The notes: generated by a model from the letters alone, not told the origin. Counted from the stretch's first letter, positions 28,041 through 40,206 are shown. The stretch is DNA of 64,000 nucleotides from Octopus sinensis (GCF_006345805.1 NC_043018.1:4898001-4962000); one strand, 5' to 3'. Program-made: numbers and translations.

Positions 28041-28449
28041 CATTATTATTATTTACGCTTCATTGGAGCTGTTCCGTGTCACAGCCGGAGACCTCGAGTG
28101 GTAACAAGCTGGACGTTTTACTCCGGCTTCTATTTATGATCAGTAATTACACACGTTGCATGCAAAGGAGACCAGAACCGGAAGATTAAGATTCTGTTAA
28201 ATTTGTAGTAATTTCATTTTGAGGGTTTTTCTAGAGAATCGGGTATTTTCAGGCTGACAAAGTTTTTCTCAGTAGCCATGAGAAGAATTATTTTTGTAGT
28301 TTTGATACTTTTGGGTGTCCTGGTATTTCATCACACACACACACGCGCGCACGTACTCATGCATTTTTATATATGTACTTGTTTATACGAACTTGTTTAA
28401 GATGACCATTTGCTATCATCCTCAGTGCCTCCGATGATCACAGGCACAA

Positions 28450-29200
28450 TTGTTCTTAGATACCACATTTTCTGTATTTCTCTATCAGTCTTTGCATATA
28501 CTTAACTTTTCAACTGTTTTTACACAAATGTTGATGTATGCTACGGTTGACATTCCTATGAGCAAACATTTTTCAGAGAGATTTATTTTTACCACAGTAT
28601 CTGGTTTTAAATGGCTTAAATGTCTATGGAAAATTGCCAAATCTCCTTGGCATGGCAGTGTAACAAGTAATCATTATCTATTCCAGACAATCTCTACAGG
28701 CATTGAAATGCCAACAGCTGAACCTGTTCACACAAAGCATGCTGTGGTGACGAAATCGTCTTGCGACCGTTCAGTATCCATGCATCAGCGACTTGTGGAC
28801 TTGTGTTGAACAAATGCAGTCATGTCTTCGACGAATCCGGCTGTCATTTGACTATAAAAGTAAAGATCAACGAGCAGTAGGGAGGCAAATCTTTCTCTGA
28901 TTAGTGACGGTAGCGAAAGAGGTTGGTGAACGAAAAGCTGCAAGAGAAGCACTTCTTCTGCGTGGCCAAACTCACACCAAATTCCTTCAAATATCATTTG
29001 AAGTGCAAGGTGAAGATAGAAAAGTAAGTGTTGCTTTCAAGTGTGTTTATGGAAAGGTGTGTGGCAACACTGTCCAACAATTGATTGGGTCCACTCTGAA
29101 TATGCTCTTGGTGCTCTTGGCTTGGTTTTTCCTTGGGGCTGGCCGGATTGGAGCAATCTCAAGATTAATCAGCCGAAATTGCAACGATGATCCGGTTCTG
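28450..29200 (-). mobile_element. Probable L1/Tx1-type LINE relic (zf-RVT-like C-terminal region)
   Basis: Non-repetitive sequence with many stops. The minus frame contains LLHCHAKEIWQ, resembling the zf-RVT H.F..C..A..IW motif. Confidence 0.4.
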
Positions 29201-29310
29201 AAGATTAAAGGCTTCGAATTTTTTCTGAAGATTAAAGGCTTCGTGTTTTTTGTATCGCCTATTTGGATGTTTTGCGTTCTTGTCCCATTTTGTATTTTAT
29301 ATATATATAT

Positions 29311-29618
29311 ATATATATATAAAGCTGAAGTTCTGTGTGTGTGTGTGTGTATGGCAGGTTTGGTAGCCTTCAACTAACACTATCTCCTCCGAGACCCTGC
29401 GGCGCAAGTTGACCAAAGTTGAGAGTATGATAGAAGAAGGCTTGCTCTTCATTCCGTAGAAGAAAAAGACCAAAAATTATTTACATAAAAAAGGTGCTTT
29501 TATTCATACTCTTATTCATAGATTGAAACTATGTCAAAACTTTGTTAACGCGACATCAAAGTCTGCCGTTAAGCGCAACTAAAAATCAAACCCGAGCAAC
29601 GCCGGGGTATATTGCTAG
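29311..29618 (+). mobile_element. Non-autonomous Helitron, short derivative of the 5169-5890 family
   Basis: Shares tataaagctgaag...gtatggcaggtttggtagccttc... and ends cccgagcaacgccgggg-tatattg-CTAG|t. The 5' boundary merges into a TA run. Confidence 0.85.
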
Positions 29619-29663
<45 letters not shown>

Positions 29664-29799
29664 CTATATTATATATCTGTATATATATATATATATATAT
29701 ATACGGGAAGCTTTATGAAAATAAACAATAGACGAAGGCAGGTGGAATACAAACAAACAATTGTATTAGTATGGCGATCAGGAATATAAATAAAACAAG

Positions 29800-29837
29800 T
29801 CTTTTACGTTTCGAGCCTACGCTCTTCAACAGAAAGA
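29800..29837 (-). ncRNA. Minimal type I hammerhead ribozyme motif (A6U variant)
   Basis: Minus strand tcttt-CTGTTGA-a-gagc-gtag-gctc-GAAA-cg-TA-aaaga. Stem I is a perfect 5 bp, stem II 4 bp, stem III the palindrome ACGT, triplet GUA. Confidence 0.7.
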
Positions 29838-30062
29838 TACACAGAAAAGAAACACGGAAAGAAACAAGGAGAGAAAAAAAATGCGTGCAGAAGCTAGCGA
29901 ATCAACATATATATATATGTGTGTGTGTGTGTATATATATATTGCATTACAGCTCACCACGTGAGAATAATCGAAATTCTTCTTATATGTATATATGTAT
30001 GTATATACATTATATATATGTATATATATACATACATATATATATATATATGAATATATATA

Positions 30063-30871
30063 TGATGATGGCAATCCCTCAAGGTCGAGGATGATGGTCT
30101 TCGCGCAAATTTACTGGTGAGTCCGTAGGTGACCGATAAGACCAATTCTTACTTGCGAAGATCGGTCGCAGTGCGGACATCTAGTGCCGGAAGGGAGAGT
30201 CGCACGTGGTTGTTGTTGGCGCTCCTTCCGTCGTCGTCTTTTCTCCTCCAGCTCTGCAGACCTTTTCGACTCGAAAGTCGCCGTTCCCTCATGGATGGTG
30301 GTTTTCCAGAGTGGTCTGTTTTTTGCCGTTTCCTCCCAGTTGGTGAAGTCAATGTCACACTTTTTGAGGTTCGATTTCAGGGAGTCCTTGTAGCGTTTCT
30401 TCTGGCCTCCTTTTGTACGCTTGCCATCTTTGAGTTGGGAGTAGAAGATCTGTTTGGGAAGTCGTTCGTCAGTCATTCTAACCACGTGGCCGCTCCATCT
30501 TAGTTGGCCTTTGATGACATAGGCTTCGATGCTGGTCATTTTTGCTTCTTGTAGCACGCTGATGTTTGTTCTTCTGTCTTCCCAGCTGATGTTGAGGATC
30601 TTCCGAAGACAGTGTTGGTGAAATTTCTCGAGCGTTTTCAGGTGGTGACTATACGGGGTCTAGGTTTCGGATGCGTAAAGGAGGGTTGGAATAATGACTG
30701 CCCTGTACACCATGAGTTTGGTTTCGGTTCGGATGTCCCGATCAGCAAAAACTCTTGTTCGAAGCTTGCCGAAAGCTGTTCCTGCACACCTCAGACGGTG
30801 TTGGATTTCATCGTTGAGGTCTACCTTTGCTGACAGATGGCTCCCAAGGTAGCAGAAATGGTTCACAATAT
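30063..30871 (-). mobile_element. RTE-clade (BovB-like) LINE, 3' segment: RT thumb, C-terminal Cys/His motif and 3' UTR
   Basis: NHFCYLGSHLS...EIQHRLRCAGTAFGKL...PTLLYASET...LRWSGHVVRMTDERLPKQIFYSQL...CPHCDR...IGLIGHLRTHQ*. It ends in a short 3' UTR with an (ATC)n tail abutting a TA microsatellite. Confidence 0.9.
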
Positions 30872-31138
30872 GCCGACAACAACAGTGTAGCAGCTTACAG
30901 AGAGGATCACCTCCAACAGATCCTAAATGCTTTTCATCATGCATATAAATGGCGGTGCCCCAGCATGGCCACAGCTCATAAGCTGAAACTGGAAAAATCA
31001 AAAATCAAAAAAATCAAAAAAAATACAAAACTTGGACTGAGCATCAACATCAAGAAGACTCACTTACTCTACCAACCTCCTCCCAATACCCGTGTTGACA
31101 ACCCGCCATCGATTCAACTCGAAGGAATTCCACTGGAA
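30866..31138 (+). mobile_element. Inverted 5' segment of the same RTE LINE (RT YADD region)
   Basis: The plus strand reads QYADNNSVAAYREDHLQQILNAFHHAYK..LGLSINIKKTHLLYQPP...IQLEGIPLE. In the protein this directly precedes VNHFCYLG, which is encoded on the opposite strand from about 30870. Confidence 0.85.
30950..31029 (+). mobile_element. Extremely 5'-truncated retroposon insertion (LINE/SINE 3' tail only) nested in the RTE
   Basis: tggcggtgccccagcatggccacagctcataagctgaaact plus an A-rich tail interrupts AYK/LGL. The flanking ata(t/c)aaa (30943-30949, 31023-31029) is a 6/7-match candidate TSD. Confidence 0.8.
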
Positions 31139-31156
31139 TATATATATGTGTATGTA

Positions 31157-31214
<58 letters not shown>

Positions 31215-31374
31215 ATCCAAACAAGAAAACACAGAAAAAAACACAGCAACGCGAGGACGTGGAACAATTAAAGTATTATTTGACGCTCAGGAAAGAAGGG
31301 AAGGAGGGTTAGTGCTCTGTACGAAGATCTCGATCCATCAGTTCGTTCGTAGTCTCTGCCGATTAAAAAAATGG

Positions 31375-31592
31375 CTTCAAAATTTTGGCACAATGCCATC
31401 AAGATCGGGGACGGATAGCCGGGTGGAGGAGAGCAAGTCGTACTTATTTCATCAACCTTAAAACAGGTAAAGTCGACCTCGATGGAATTCTGAAGTCAGA
31501 TCGCAAACACGGAGAAAATGCCGTTAGGTTGATGAAAATGCCGTTAGGCATTTTACCTGGCGTTGCTAACAACCATTTTGCCAGTTCTCCAG
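31375..31592 (-). mobile_element. tRNA-derived SINE, main family
   Basis: Motif set on the minus strand, with an internal duplicated aaaatgccgttagg. Confidence 0.75.
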
Positions 31593-31698
31593 ATTAAAAT
31601 GAGGAGCGATTTTTTTGTATCCAGTTTACTTTCCCATCTCCGTGTGTGTTTGTGTGTATACATATATATATATTATACATATATATACATGCATACAC

Positions 31699-31767
<69 letters not shown>

Positions 31768-31796
31768 TATATATATATATATCTAATATATATATA

Positions 31797-32162
31797 TAAT
31801 ATATATTTATATATAGAGGGCATTATACATACATGCCAAAGGCATTATACATACATGCCACACGCTAAGAGGGACAATTAGTCATTTCTACCCAAATATT
31901 ACTAATCCCACCGAATGCAATTTTTCAAAGTAAGACGTTTAAAAAATATAGACCTGTATCACAGTGATGAAATCACTGTGATGAAATCACTGTGATACAG
32001 GTCTATATTTTTTAAACGTCTTACTTTGAAAAATTGCATTCGGTGGGATTGTAATATTTTGGGTAGAAATGACTAATTGTCCCTCTTAGCGTGTGGCATG
32101 TATGTATAATGCCTTCTGGCATGTATGTATAATGCCTTCTGGCATGTATGTATAATGCCCTC

Positions 32163-32185
<23 letters not shown>
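31797..32185. repeat. Near-perfect palindrome centred at ~31975, embedded in TA microsatellites
   Basis: Arms are about 180 bp. The centre is atcacagtgat-gaa-atcactgtgat-gaa-atcactgtgat. A 22-23-bp hairpin unit occurs twice in the left arm and three times in the right. Confidence 0.9.
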
Positions 32186-32208
<23 letters not shown>

Positions 32209-32429
32209 TCGCAAGGTGAAGCGGCTGACCTTCCCTGTTCGAAGGTTGTAATGGACGCAGGTTCGTGTGTCAAATAGCTAGCTAGAGGCGATGGCCTCTG
32301 GAGCTAATCAGCGACAGCTTTAGTCTTATTTATAGACTGCCATATTAGTATGGCGATAACTATTAATACCAGTAACGCTGCCGTAATCTCCTTTAGGAGA
32401 GACTTAGTAATTTTAATATTTCTATTTAT

Positions 32430-32482
<53 letters not shown>

Positions 32483-32870
32483 CACTGACCACTTCCCAGC
32501 ACCCACACCATCATCCACACAACTACACATACACACACGCGCACGTCAAGGTCACCAGACCCTCTCCACACACACATACACACGCACGCGCACCTTCATT
32601 TTGGGATCCCCGCTACTTTTTCTTTATCTCCCTTTCCTTCTAGCCCTCCTGTTTGACCACCTTTGTCCGGTATTCGCCATGATTGATCGCTAGCCACTAA
32701 ACCTTCTTTATTTTCTCTTTCTGTTTATTTCTGTGTTTCTTTCTTGAAGAGCGTTGGCTGGAAACGTAAAAGACTTTCTCACTTCCCGAGCGTTAAACTA
32801 ATACATCTGTTTGTTGTCTACATACCCGTCTTTTGTAAATACCAACTCTGTCTGTCTGTCTCCTTCTCTC

Positions 32871-32902
<32 letters not shown>

Positions 32903-32937
32903 GTGCGTGCGTTGCGTGGTGTGTGTTTGTGTGTGTG

Positions 32938-32979
<42 letters not shown>

Positions 32980-33077
32980 GTATGTATGCATGTAAGTAGT
33001 CATGATGGGTATATTGGGCTTCGTATATTTTACCCACCCAGTGTCACTTTATGGCACGAACTGCTCTCCCTCCACTC

Positions 33078-33079
<2 letters not shown>

Positions 33080-33110
<31 letters not shown>

Positions 33111-34545
33111 CTTTTTTACTAAAGGCACAAGGCCTACAATTTTGGGATTTGGGGACCAGTCGATTACATCGACACCAGTGTTTTACTGGTACTTAATGTA
33201 CGCCCCAAATGATTAAAGGTAAAGTCGACCTCGGCATAATTTGAACTCAGAACGTTAAAGACGGACGAAATGGTGTTAAAAATTTTGCCCGGTTTGCTAA
33301 CGATTCTGCCAGCTCGCCGCCTTCAGTAATGGTTTCAATTTTTACACAAGGCCAGCATGTCCAGGAGAGGGGTAAGTGCATTACAAACATCGACCCCACT
33401 GCTCAACTGGTACTTATTTCATCGACCACCAAAACGGATGAAAAGCAACGTCAGCCTCGGAGGAATTCAATCAGAAAGTAAAGACGAAATGCTGTTAAGC
33501 GTTTTTTCCTGGCACGGCAACGATTCCACCAGCTCGCCGCCTTAATAATACTTTCCTCCCCATAAACCAAGGCTGAAATTTAGCGGGTGGGGTTAAATTA
33601 AGTACTTCCACTGGTACTTAATTTCTCGATCCCGAAAGGATGAAAGGCAAAGTCGACCCCTCGGCGGAATTTAAACAAGAACGTGCAAGACAGATGAAAT
33701 GCCGCTAAGCATTTTGCCCAGCGTGCTAACAATTCTGCCAGCTCGCAGTTTTAAAAATAATAATAATAATAATAATAATATAATTAATAATAATAATAAT
33801 AATAATAATGATAATAATAATAATAATATAATAAAAATAATAATCATATAAATATAATAATAATAATAAATAATAATAATAATAATAATAATCTTTTTTA
33901 CTAAAGGCACAAGGCCTACAATTTTGGGATTTGGGGACCAGTCGATTACATCGACACCAGTGTTTTACTGGTACTTAATGTATCGCCCCGAAATGATTAA
34001 AGGTAAAGTCGACCTCGGCATAATTTGAACTCAGAACGTTAAAGACGGACGAAATGGTGTTAAAAATTTTGCCCGGTTTGCTAACGATTCTGCCAGCTCG
34101 CCGCCTTCAGTAATGGTTTCAAATTTTTACACAAGGCCAGCATGTCCAGGAGAGGGGTAAGTGCATTACATCGACCCCACTGCTCAACTGGTACTTATTT
34201 CATCGACCACCAAAAGGATGAAAAGCAACGTCAGCCTCGGAGGAATTCAAGCTCAGAAAGTAAAGGACGAAATGCTGTTAAGCGTTTTGCCTGGCACGGC
34301 AACGATTCCACCAGCTCGCCGCCTTAATAATACTTTCCTCCATAAACACAAGGCCTGAAATTTAGCGGGTGGGGTTAAATTAAGTACTCCACTGGTACTT
34401 AATTTATCGATCCCGAAAGGATGAAAGGCAAAGTCGACCTCGGCGGAATTTGAAACAAGAACGTGCAGACAGATGAAATGCCGCTAAGCATTTTGCCCAG
34501 CGTGCTAACAATTCTGCCAGCTCGCAGTTTTAAAAATAATAATAA
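33080..34545. repeat. Tandem duplication (~790-bp unit) of an (AAT)n plus triple-SINE block
   Basis: 33108-33750 and 33890-34530 are nearly identical and differ mainly by small indels. Each holds three minus-strand SINE copies. Confidence 0.9.
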
Positions 34546-34638
34546 TAATAATATAATGATAATAATAATAATAATAATAAATAATAATGATAATAATAAT
34601 AATAATAATATATATAACAAATAATAATAATAATAATA

Positions 34639-34703
<65 letters not shown>

Positions 34704-35518
34704 TAATAATAATGATAATAATATAATAATAATAATAATGATATATTGATACTAAGGGTTTTTCCTGTGATAATAGGCTGCATTCAAAATATCACTCTTT
34801 CAAAAAAAAAAAAAACGTCTCCTGAAATGGTCTCTGTCAAATTTGGTCGTAGCAAATACGACAAGGACGATGACGACGACAACAACAACAACAATAGCAA
34901 TAACAACTGCAATGAGAACAAAAACTACGCGAACAAGAAGTTAACAAAGTCTACAAAAACTTCAAGGTTGTCAAGATGAACGTCAAGATTTGCGAAGATG
35001 GCCGACAAGTTTCTCCTCCATTTTAATGAAGATTCAAAAAAATTAATTAAAATCTAAAAAGAATTAAAATGAAAATGAAAATCTCATTCAAAGATACACA
35101 TATACATACATATATATATATATATATATAGTATATATGTGTGTGTGTGTGTGTGTATATGTGTTGTGTATGTGTATTAAACATTCCATTAGTTTTTTTT
35201 TTTTGTAGAATATGGAGACAATCCATCGTAAATTAATTTATGGAATAAAATTTTATTTTCATGTTGACATGACAGAGAAAGAGCAGTTTGAACTCAACGC
35301 AATTAAGTTATAATATCGATACTGTTGTGTCGTTGTGCCGATGGTGTGCAGGGGCAGATAATTGTTGCCGAATAGCCTCTTAAATCTTAAAAAAAGATTT
35401 TTAGTTTTTTAAATGCTTCTACTTCAAAAAGAAAAAGCAAGAGAGAATAACAATGGAAGACATTCATAAATGGTTGTGACGAGAGAATCATAGTTTTATT
35501 GTTTATATAATATATATA

Positions 35519-35616
<98 letters not shown>

Positions 35617-35739
35617 AGTATTTATGTATGTGTATTATATATATATATATAATTTTTTGCCCGAATTTTATTATGCCTCTTTAAACATTTGGTAACAACA
35701 AACAAAAACAAGGAAAACAAATAAAAAAACAACTGAAGT

Positions 35740-35889
35740 AGTAATAATAGTATTAATAATAATAATAATAATAATAACAATAATAATAATAATGATAATA
35801 ATAATAATAATAATGATAATAACAATAATAATAATAATTATACCAATAATAATAATAACAATATAATAATAATAATAATAACAACAACA

Positions 35890-35935
<46 letters not shown>

Positions 35936-36088
35936 TAATAATAATAATTATAATAATAACAATAATTATAATTATACTAATAATAATAATAAAAATATAA
36001 TAATAATAAGAAGAAGAAGAAAAATATAATGATGATGATATAATAATATAATAATAATAATAATAATATTAATATAATAATAATAATA

Positions 36089-36132
<44 letters not shown>

Positions 36133-36180
36133 TTAATAATATTAATAATAATAATAATAACAATAATAATAATAATAATA

Positions 36181-36215
<35 letters not shown>

Positions 36216-36232
36216 TAATAATAATAATAATA
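35740..36232. repeat. Degenerate (AAT)n array
   Basis: About 500 bp of aat with indels. Confidence 0.95.
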
Positions 36233-36417
36233 ATGGTTTCAAATTTGGCATAAGGCCAGCAGTTTTCGGGGAGAGACCAAGTCGGGTACGTTCAGTTGGT
36301 ATTTAGTTTATCGACCCTGAAAGGATGAAGGCAAACTAGATCTCGGAGGAATTTGAACTTAGAACGTAAAGACAGACTTAATGCCGCTAAGCATTTTGCC
36401 TTACGTGCTAACGAGTC

Positions 36418-36418
<1 letters not shown>
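36233..36418 (-). mobile_element. tRNA-derived SINE, main family
   Basis: Motif set on the minus strand between two (AAT)n arrays. Confidence 0.8.
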
Positions 36419-36487
<69 letters not shown>

Positions 36488-36502
36488 TAATAATAATAAT
36501 AA

Positions 36503-36755
36503 TGGAACGAGAAAGTAGCACACATTGCGGAAGAATGTCCCTAGTTGACACGGGAAGAATATAAGAAATGGAGGCACAACCAGGCTGTAAAAGTTTTACA
36601 CCTGGAAACTGTGCCAGAAATGGGGATTTGAAGCGAGAAACACATGGTACAATCATCAAGTTGAAAGAGTGGTGGAGAATGGAAAAATGTCAGATTCTTG
36701 TGGAACTTTACTATTCAAATGGACAAGAAATTAGAAAATAATAGACCAGACGCTG
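36503..36755 (+). mobile_element. R4/Dong-like (restriction-like endonuclease) LINE fragment
   Basis: Degenerate translation VAHIAEECP...EYKKWRHNQ...WKLCQKWGF...WYNHQVERVVEN...ILWNFTIQMDKKLENNRPD, i.e. zinc knuckle to RLE PD motif. It directly follows an (AAT)n run. Confidence 0.75.
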
Positions 36756-36823
36756 GTTTAATGTTTCTCCTCTGTCTGTCTGTTAGTCACCCTGTTTATC
36801 TTCACACACACATATGTACTTGC

Positions 36824-36901
<78 letters not shown>

Positions 36902-37023
36902 ATATATACATACATATATACTTGTATATGTGAATATTTATATATGTACTTCTATATAAAAAAATTTCGTATTGAGATAAAAAACCAAAGCAGTGTAGAT
37001 TTTAGAACATTTATAAATAGAAG

Positions 37024-37071
37024 GTCTTACAGCTGTTTCTAGGATATTTATTATATCCCTTCCTCGGAGAC
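37024..37071 (-). ncRNA. Degenerate minimal hammerhead motif
   Basis: Minus strand gtct-CCGAGGA-agggata-taataaa-tatccta-GAAA-cagctg-TA-agac. U4 is changed to C; stem III is the palindrome ACAGCTGT. Confidence 0.65.
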
Positions 37072-37142
37072 GGTGTGGATATATGTGTGTGAGTGTGTGT
37101 GTATGTGTGTTTGTGTACTTGTGTGTGTGTGTATATAAATAT

Positions 37143-37960
37143 ATTCTTTTATTCTTTTAAATGTTTCAGCCGTGAGGATGTGGCCACGTTGGGGCACCGC
37201 CAGTGTAATCACCTTTAAATTGGCCAATTCTATGTGATTGGCTTTTGGCGAAGGTGGGAATTCGACACTGGTACCGTCTTTCGAGTTTCCTGCCTGGATA
37301 TTGCTTCATTTGGAATCTTGGATAGCAAAAGGTCAAATTGCTTCTTGAAAACATCTACCTCCACTCCGTCGAGATCCCTCAGATGCTTTGGCTGCGGGCC
37401 CTTGAATCCCAAGCTATAGCAGTACATGGTTCTTGCCTTAGATGAGACAGCTGGGGATTTTGGAACAGTGCAGTAACGTCCAATTCGAGGTCTGGTTTAA
37501 CTCTCAATTCCAAAGCTTGGTGCCAGCCCCTCCAGTATCTTCCACATATACCTCAGCATACATCTCCCGTCTTCGCTACGGGGAGCAGAGTCGTAATTCT
37601 TTCAGTCTCTCCTAATATCTCAGCTGTTCCATTGATGCAATCTTCCTCGTGTAGCATCGCTGAACCGCCTCAAGTTCTGCTATTAATCCGGCACTGTAAG
37701 CTGACCACAGTTGAGAGCCGTGGTTCAGACGGCTGGGGACAAATGTCCTCCGTAGAATCAGCATAATTTCCTGGTCCCTTTTGCTCTGGAGGTTCTCAGG
37801 ACCCACTCGGCCTGCACACTGCCCCCATCTTGGTGATATGCATGTGAAACGAGGCATCGTTGCTCATATCAATCCCAAGATCACGCATCATATGTGATTC
37901 TTGGATTTCCGCTCCTTTTGTTCCAAAGTATCATTGTTGTGACTTCTGGTAGCGGAGGGA
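37143..37960 (-). mobile_element. CR1/L2/Jockey-group LINE 3' fragment with intact 3' tail
   Basis: MRDLGIDMSND, TFVPSRLNHGSQLWS...ELEAVQRCYTRKI, FKKQFDLLLSKIP. It ends in ggcggtgccccaacgtggccac...gctgaaacatttaaaagaataaaagaat. Confidence 0.8.
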
Positions 37961-38160
37961 TTGGAATTTGTGAAATTTGCTTTCGGCTGAAATAAAATAT
38001 CACACACCACACACACCACACGCACAAAATATGGGGGTTTAGTTCACAGGTGATCTAAATGATTAGGCACGTTTGGTAAGTTCTGTAACGGATTACTGGG
38101 GCTCCAAGGTTATAGCCGAGACGGTAGTTATGGAGCCATTGCAGATTTCCGATATACCGG

Positions 38161-38592
38161 ATATGTAATTGTTAAAAAGGACAACAAACGTTAAGGCAAG
38201 GCAAATATCTCAAATCATATACATTATTATTACTGGAAAAAATTCAAAATCTTACAACTGTTTCAAGGGTATCCCAGAGTATAGGATATTCCGTCATCAG
38301 AGACAAATACGGAAAATGAGAAGGGTGTAGATTAATGAAATGATGACATAGAGGTAAAGGAATAAGGAGATAAAGAGAGAGAAGAAAAAAAGAAGCATAA
38401 AAATTCAGTTCAACTTCTCTTTCTTCATCTTCTTATTCCTTTACTCCTGTCCTCTATGTCGTCATTTCATAGTCTGGGATATCCCAGAAACAGCTGTAAG
38501 ACTTTGAATTTTTTCCAATAATAATACTGTATATGATTTGATATGTTTGCTTTGCCTTAACGTTATATAGCTGTTCTCTTTAACAATTATAT
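38161..38592. repeat. Diverged inverted-repeat element made of two outward-facing Penelope-type pLTR pieces
   Basis: The left arm 38161-38395 and right arm 38410-38592 are reverse-complementary with many substitutions. The right arm has a ~60-bp deletion. Hammerhead motifs lie in the arms. Confidence 0.8.
38249..38304 (-). ncRNA. Degenerate minimal hammerhead motif (same family as 37024-37071)
   Basis: Minus strand gtct-CTGATGA-cggaatatcc-tatactctg-ggataccctt-GAAA-cagttg-TA-agat. The core is intact and stem II is partly mispaired. Confidence 0.65.
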
Positions 38593-38597
38593 ATATA

Positions 38598-38896
38598 AAG
38601 CAAATAAGTAACAAGGATGTCAAGGTATTAATTTAATACGGTCGTTTCAGGTGGCTTCATTTAATCGAACAATGTAAGCATTACACCAATTTGAAATACA
38701 GCACCATCTTCAGTTGCAAAATACAAACTTTCAACAGTCAGGGTATTCAGTTATAATTTTAGCAAATATTTCATCAGAACTAAAGAAGGAAAGAATTCCA
38801 TGCTGCTACTAAAGTACCGGAATAAGCGTAAAGAGAAACAACTGCAAGACGGCCATGTTGCATCAATACCTTGACATCCTTCTTACTTATTTGCTT
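38598..38896. mobile_element. MITE with ~32-bp TIRs
   Basis: aagcaaataagtaacaaggatgtcaaggtatt versus aataccttgacatccttcttacttatttgctt, 31/32 complementary. Confidence 0.7.
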
Positions 38897-39012
38897 ATTT
38901 GTTTATTCACCTTACTTCAGGCTGCGCGGATAATACTGGTCTGTCTTGGTGCATCAACTTAAGTACCTAATGTAACTGAATCTTAAATATTTCTCTCCCC
39001 CCCTCTCTCTCC

Positions 39013-39090
<78 letters not shown>

Positions 39091-39266
39091 GTTTATATAT
39101 TTGTTGTGCAAGATTTTTTTATGTAAAATCATGTGTTGAAATAGATATTGTTATATTTCGGAATGGTCATTTTGCCAGTTTAGCCAATAAAAACAACCGC
39201 ACTATATATTTGTTGTTACTTTGCTTCAGTGTTATTTATTTTTTACATTAATCTTAATCTTATTTC

Positions 39267-39313
39267 GGCCAGAGTTTTTCGTCACACTCCCCTGTGACCC
39301 GCATCAGTGGTCC
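39267..39313 (-). ncRNA. Degenerate hammerhead motif in the left arm of the fold-back
   Basis: Reverse-complement counterpart of 40207-40251, with small indels. Confidence 0.5.
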
Positions 39314-40206
39314 TTGTTTTCTTCTTTCTTATTTGTGTCTCTCCTTACTAACCGTCAGCCATTTTGTATTTCTATTGTATGTCTTCATTTGCGCATGCTT
39401 ATATCTCTATGTGCGTCTATGTTTATTTAGTGTGTGTGTGTGGGGGATGCCTGTAATATTTGTATCTTCTGATTATATACGTTCATGTAATTTGTTTTTG
39501 TTGTTGTTTTTGTTTATTCTTATTTTGTTCATGTGTTTACATCCACTTATTATTATCATTACATATGCTTGTATGTATGTATAACAACAATACTAGTAAT
39601 AACAATAATAAATTTTTAAAAATCTTTTAAATTAAACAAAAAAAAATTATATAGTTATTTATTTCTATTTGTTTATTTATCTGTGTATTTTATTTATTAT
39701 GTTTTCGGTTTTGTTTATTTTGTAAACAAAACCGAAAACATAATAAATAAAATACATAATAAAATGGCGGTGCCCCAGCATGGCCACAGTAATTGGACTG
39801 AAACATATAAAAGAAAAGAAAAGATAAATAAACAAATAGAAATAAATAAGTATATAAGTTTTTTTTTGTTTAATTTAAAAGATTTATTATTATTATTATT
39901 ATTATCATTACTAGTATTGTTGTTATACATACATACAAGAATATGTAATAATAATAATAAAGGGATATGAACACATGAACAAAATAAGAATAAACAAAAA
40001 CAACAACAACAAAAACAAATTACATGAACGTATATAAACAGAAGATACAAATATTACAGGCATATCACACAAATATCACACACACACACTAAATAAACAT
40101 AGACGCACATAGAGATATAAGCATGCGCAAATGAAGACATACAATAGAAATACAAAATGGCTGATGGTTAGTAAGGAGAGACACAAATAAGAAAGAAGAA
40201 AACAAA

